DNA of 28,193 bases from a virus (lineage: Duplodnaviria > Heunggongvirae > Uroviricota > Caudoviricetes), in the IMG/VR virus record IMGVR_UViG_3300029488_000242; one strand, written 5' to 3'. Shown in pieces: positions 25,627 to 28,193 of this stretch; position 1 is the stretch's first letter, and every line of letters begins with the position of its first letter. Below the pieces are notes generated by a model, which was not told the origin of the DNA, did no database searches, and was given only the letters and a program-made list of their open reading frames with translations. A program made the position numbers and the translations under genes.

Positions 25627-25722
25627 ATGAACTTATGGACAACAATTCTAGCAATAATTATAGGACTTATAATAAGTCATTTTATAACGCTAATAAATAA
25701 AAGGAAGAATAACAATGACTAA
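25627..25722 (+). CDS. Small single-TM peptide (31 aa, MNLWTTILAIIIGLIISHFITLINKRKNNND)
   Basis: SD-like GAGGA, hydrophobic helix with a basic tail; coupled to the genes on both sides. Confidence 0.5.
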   Translation: MNLWTTILAIIIGLIISHFITLINKRKNNND

Positions 25723-25990
25723 AGAAGATGTAAGGAAGGGCATGGTTTTATACTATGCCCGAATATTAAAAGCTGTAGGCATATACGAAGTAAGTGAGTT
25801 GCTTATAAGAACAGTAGAAGATGATTATTTTGTTGGTGTTGATAAGCGTGATAAACATGTATATTTATTTTCATATAATAATCTTAACCAATTAATATTT
25901 AACGATAGACAAAAATGTTTAGATACTGTATTAGACAGTGAAAAGAATGCACCTAAAATAAGTAGCGAAAAAGAATATGAAGAATATTAG
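25715..25990 (+). CDS. Hypothetical phage protein (91 aa)
   Basis: Intact ORF with an acidic C-terminus. Confidence 0.7.
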   Translation: MTKEDVRKGMVLYYARILKAVGIYEVSELLIRTVEDDYFVGVDKRDKHVYLFSYNNLNQLIFNDRQKCLDTVLDSEKNAPKISSEKEYEEY

Positions 25991-26007
25991 TAAGGCACAA
26001 TGATAAA

Positions 26008-26568
26008 ATGATATATGAAATTAAAGATTTAACTAAAATAACAACTTATAGCACTTTGGCTAAAGAGTTAAATGAAACCAATGAAGCATTTTATGAATAT
26101 GTATCTGATTATATTTTTTCAAAGATAGTAAACTCTCAGATGTCGCATAATTTGTTTAAATATGAACGATTTATTCAATTTTTAAAAAGAAGATATTTTA
26201 ATGATTGTGACAATACAGAATTAATATATACAATTGGACTATGTGTTTCGACAATTGAAATTTGTAAACATCAATATAATCATTTATACAATGAATACAA
26301 CACAAATAATATAATAAAAGAGTTATTGCAAGATGATAATAAGAAGAAAATAATTCTAAAAATATATAATAACCCTGACATACATTTAATAAAATTAATT
26401 AATGATCTTGATATTACGCTTGAAAATGAATCATCCGAAAAACACACATTAATAATAGAACACATTAATACATTAATAGATTTAGGTATGATAATAAATT
26501 ATAACAAAATTTTATCTGCATCTCCCATATTAGTGCGATATATACAGAATAATAAAGTAAAGGAGTGA
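26008..26568 (+). CDS. Very AT-rich hypothetical protein (possible C-terminal winged helix)
   Basis: 186 aa ORF, Ile/Asn/Lys-rich; the domain guess is weak. Confidence 0.6.
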   Translation: MIYEIKDLTKITTYSTLAKELNETNEAFYEYVSDYIFSKIVNSQMSHNLFKYERFIQFLKRRYFNDCDNTELIYTIGLCVSTIEICKHQYNHLYNEYNTNNIIKELLQDDNKKKIILKIYNNPDIHLIKLINDLDITLENESSEKHTLIIEHINTLIDLGMIINYNKILSASPILVRYIQNNKVKE

Positions 26569-26574
26569 TTAAGT

Positions 26575-27210
26575 ACGGCAAATTACCTATATGATAAATT
26601 TAAAGGAAAATATAGAATACGTGCTCCAATTAATCAAATAACAAATGATTTTAATAGAAAGCTCAATGGCACATTAGAAGATATAGATTGTTACATAGAT
26701 TGCCAGTTTGGTAATAAAGTATTCTATTATGGACACAACATTTTACAAGCATATATTCCTTCTCTTGGAAGAGGACATAACATTCTTAAAAATCTTGAAG
26801 AAACGGACAAATCTTTGATATTTGACATTGAAGAAACGGACGCTGAAATTCTGTTTAAATTCAAATTCATCAACTCTGACAAAATTATCCCATTGTTAAA
26901 ACCTAAAACAAGTGGTTCTCAGACAAGCCCTTTTTCGCCTAAAAATCTCCCAAAATCTAATTTTAAAATCCCAGATGATAAATTGACACAGTATAAACAA
27001 ATCGTGTCTAAAATTCCTCCTGAGAAGCTTTTAACCCTAAGTAGAATAACCAATTCATTCTTGCAAACTTTAGTTACAAAAAAGAACACTTGGGAGAATA
27101 TTAAATCAGATATGAGATTAAAATGCCTTAAAGGTAAAGAATATATTTACTGCATTGGTAAGTGGAACGAGTATCTTGTATATCTTAAAAATAACATTAA
27201 AAATATGTAG
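26575..27210 (+). CDS. Hypothetical phage protein (211 aa, probable ACG start)
   Basis: The frame is open from ACG 26575 (ANYLYDKFKGKYRIRAP...) through TTG 26815; SD AAGGAGTGA at 26560-68; in-frame TGA at 26566. Confidence 0.7.
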   Translation, partial: TANYLYDKFKGKYRIRAPINQITNDFNRKLNGTLEDIDCYIDCQFGNKVFYYGHNILQAYIPSLGRGHNILKNLEETDKSLIFDIEETDAEILFKFKFINSDKIIPLLKPKTSGSQTSPFSPKNLPKSNFKIPDDKLTQYKQIVSKIPPEKLLTLSRITNSFLQTLVTKKNTWENIKSDMRLKCLKGKEYIYCIGKWNEYLVYLKNNIKNM

Positions 27211-27228
27211 ACAATTAAGGAGTAAATT

Positions 27229-28005
27229 ATGTACGAAGTAAGAAAACATGTAACTGATAAGAAACTTAAAGACTATGGCTTTAGATTCAAGTCGGACGGA
27301 GATTATACATATAGAACTGTTATATATCAGGACGGGAAAAGACCTGTAATATTCCTGACATTCTATATTAATCTCGAAGAGAGAACATTTAACAGCAGAG
27401 TATCTGATACCACAGGCACATATTATCCTTATTATGATGATAGTCGTCAAGGTGATACTTTGTATAAGATACTTAAGAATTGTGTTGAAAAGGAAACAAG
27501 AAAATTAGTAAAGGCAGGTATTATAAAGATGATAAGTATAGAAAACATAAAAGGTACAGTAGTTAATAGCACAACAATTAAGCTTAAGAAACTTAGAGAT
27601 AATGTACAGATTCCAACAAGAGGAAGTGAATATGCGGCAGGATATGATTTATATGCAGCTATTACATCACCTATAATAATAACACCTCACACTACAGTTA
27701 AAATTGGCACAGGTGTAGCAGTTGAAATTCCTAATGGTTATTTTGGTGCAGTTTTTGCAAGAAGTGGGTTAGCAACTAAAGAAGGCTTAAGACCTGCTAA
27801 TGCAGTAGGTGTAGTAGATAGTGATTATAGGGGTGAATGTATAGTTGCATTACATAATGACTCAGATACCCCTAGAACTGTTACTCCAGGAGAAAGAATA
27901 GCTCAGTTGGTTATAATGCCTTATCTTCAAGTTGATTTTGAAGAAGTTAATGAGTTGTCTGATACTGTAAGAGGTGAAGGTGGCTTTGGCTCAACAGGAG
28001 TTTAA
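27229..28005 (+). CDS. dut: Trimeric dUTPase with ~110 aa N-terminal extra domain
   Basis: AAGYDL, ARSGLA, GVVDSDYRGE, ERIAQL, RGEGGFGSTG. Confidence 0.92.
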   Translation: MYEVRKHVTDKKLKDYGFRFKSDGDYTYRTVIYQDGKRPVIFLTFYINLEERTFNSRVSDTTGTYYPYYDDSRQGDTLYKILKNCVEKETRKLVKAGIIKMISIENIKGTVVNSTTIKLKKLRDNVQIPTRGSEYAAGYDLYAAITSPIIITPHTTVKIGTGVAVEIPNGYFGAVFARSGLATKEGLRPANAVGVVDSDYRGECIVALHNDSDTPRTVTPGERIAQLVIMPYLQVDFEEVNELSDTVRGEGGFGSTGV

Positions 28006-28010
28006 AATAT

Positions 28011-28193
28011 ATGGAAGATAAAATTTTATTATCAATAAAAGAGGCTTCGAATTTATTTGGAATTGGGCAACATAGATTAAGAGATATAATTGAAGAAGAT
28101 TATGAATGTAAATATCATTTAATGCTTGGGCGTACAATTAAAATTAAACGAAAACAATTTGAAGATTTTTTAAATAAAGCTGAACAAATATAA
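28011..28193 (+). CDS. Tn916-type excisionase / HTH recombination directionality factor
   Basis: 'KILLSIKEASNLFGIGQHRLR...L..G....IKRKQFEDFL' pattern of Tn916-Xis/HTH_17 proteins. Confidence 0.8.
   Translation: MEDKILLSIKEASNLFGIGQHRLRDIIEEDYECKYHLMLGRTIKIKRKQFEDFLNKAEQI

Larger units (their letters stand above)
1..28193 (+). mobile_element. Segment of a large SPbeta-like temperate phage/prophage (replication and nucleotide metabolism region)
   Basis: Co-directional, tightly packed genes. The order SSB-like, ATPase, Zn protein, helicase, primase, RecJ, polymerase matches the SPbeta yorF-yorL block as I recall it. Also contains Gp157, a homing endonuclease, an intron and a terminal excisionase. 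Confidence 0.85.

Noticed and set aside
82..27450. All minus-strand ORFs and the short alternative-frame + ORFs (1841-2089, 8840-9022) in the track
   Set aside because: They are shadows of well-supported + strand genes or RNAs, with no recognisable motifs.

Overview
All credible genes lie on the + strand. The window is the DNA replication and nucleotide metabolism region of a large, AT-rich temperate phage or prophage. Its gene order resembles SPbeta, and the host is probably an anaerobic Firmicute (inferred from class III RNR and SD style). The order is: SSB-like protein, AAA/Sak4-like ATPase, Zn-finger protein, DnaB-type helicase, primase, RecJ, free-standing GIY-YIG endonuclease, family B DNA polymerase with a ~255 aa C-terminal extension, RecD2-like helicase and Gp157. 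An accessory block of small genes follows (including an amino-MTase and a ThyX-like protein), then NAD-dependent ligase, an HPr-like protein, guanylate kinase, HAD nucleotidase, nrdD split by a 283-nt ORF-less group I intron, nrdG, a dUTPase fusion and a Tn916-type excisionase at the window end. The most notable observations are: (1) a degenerate tRNA-Asn(GUU)-like cloverleaf nested inside a larger tRNA-shaped shell (15180-15369); (2) a PolB that occupies the SPbeta DnaE slot and seems to carry a DnaE-like tail; (3) a recurrent NAAA-N6-TTTC dyad at accessory gene junctions, with a long hairpin between two copies; (4) several genes that appear to start at ATA/ACG/ATT codons. All protein assignments come from motif recognition by eye; no database searches were run.
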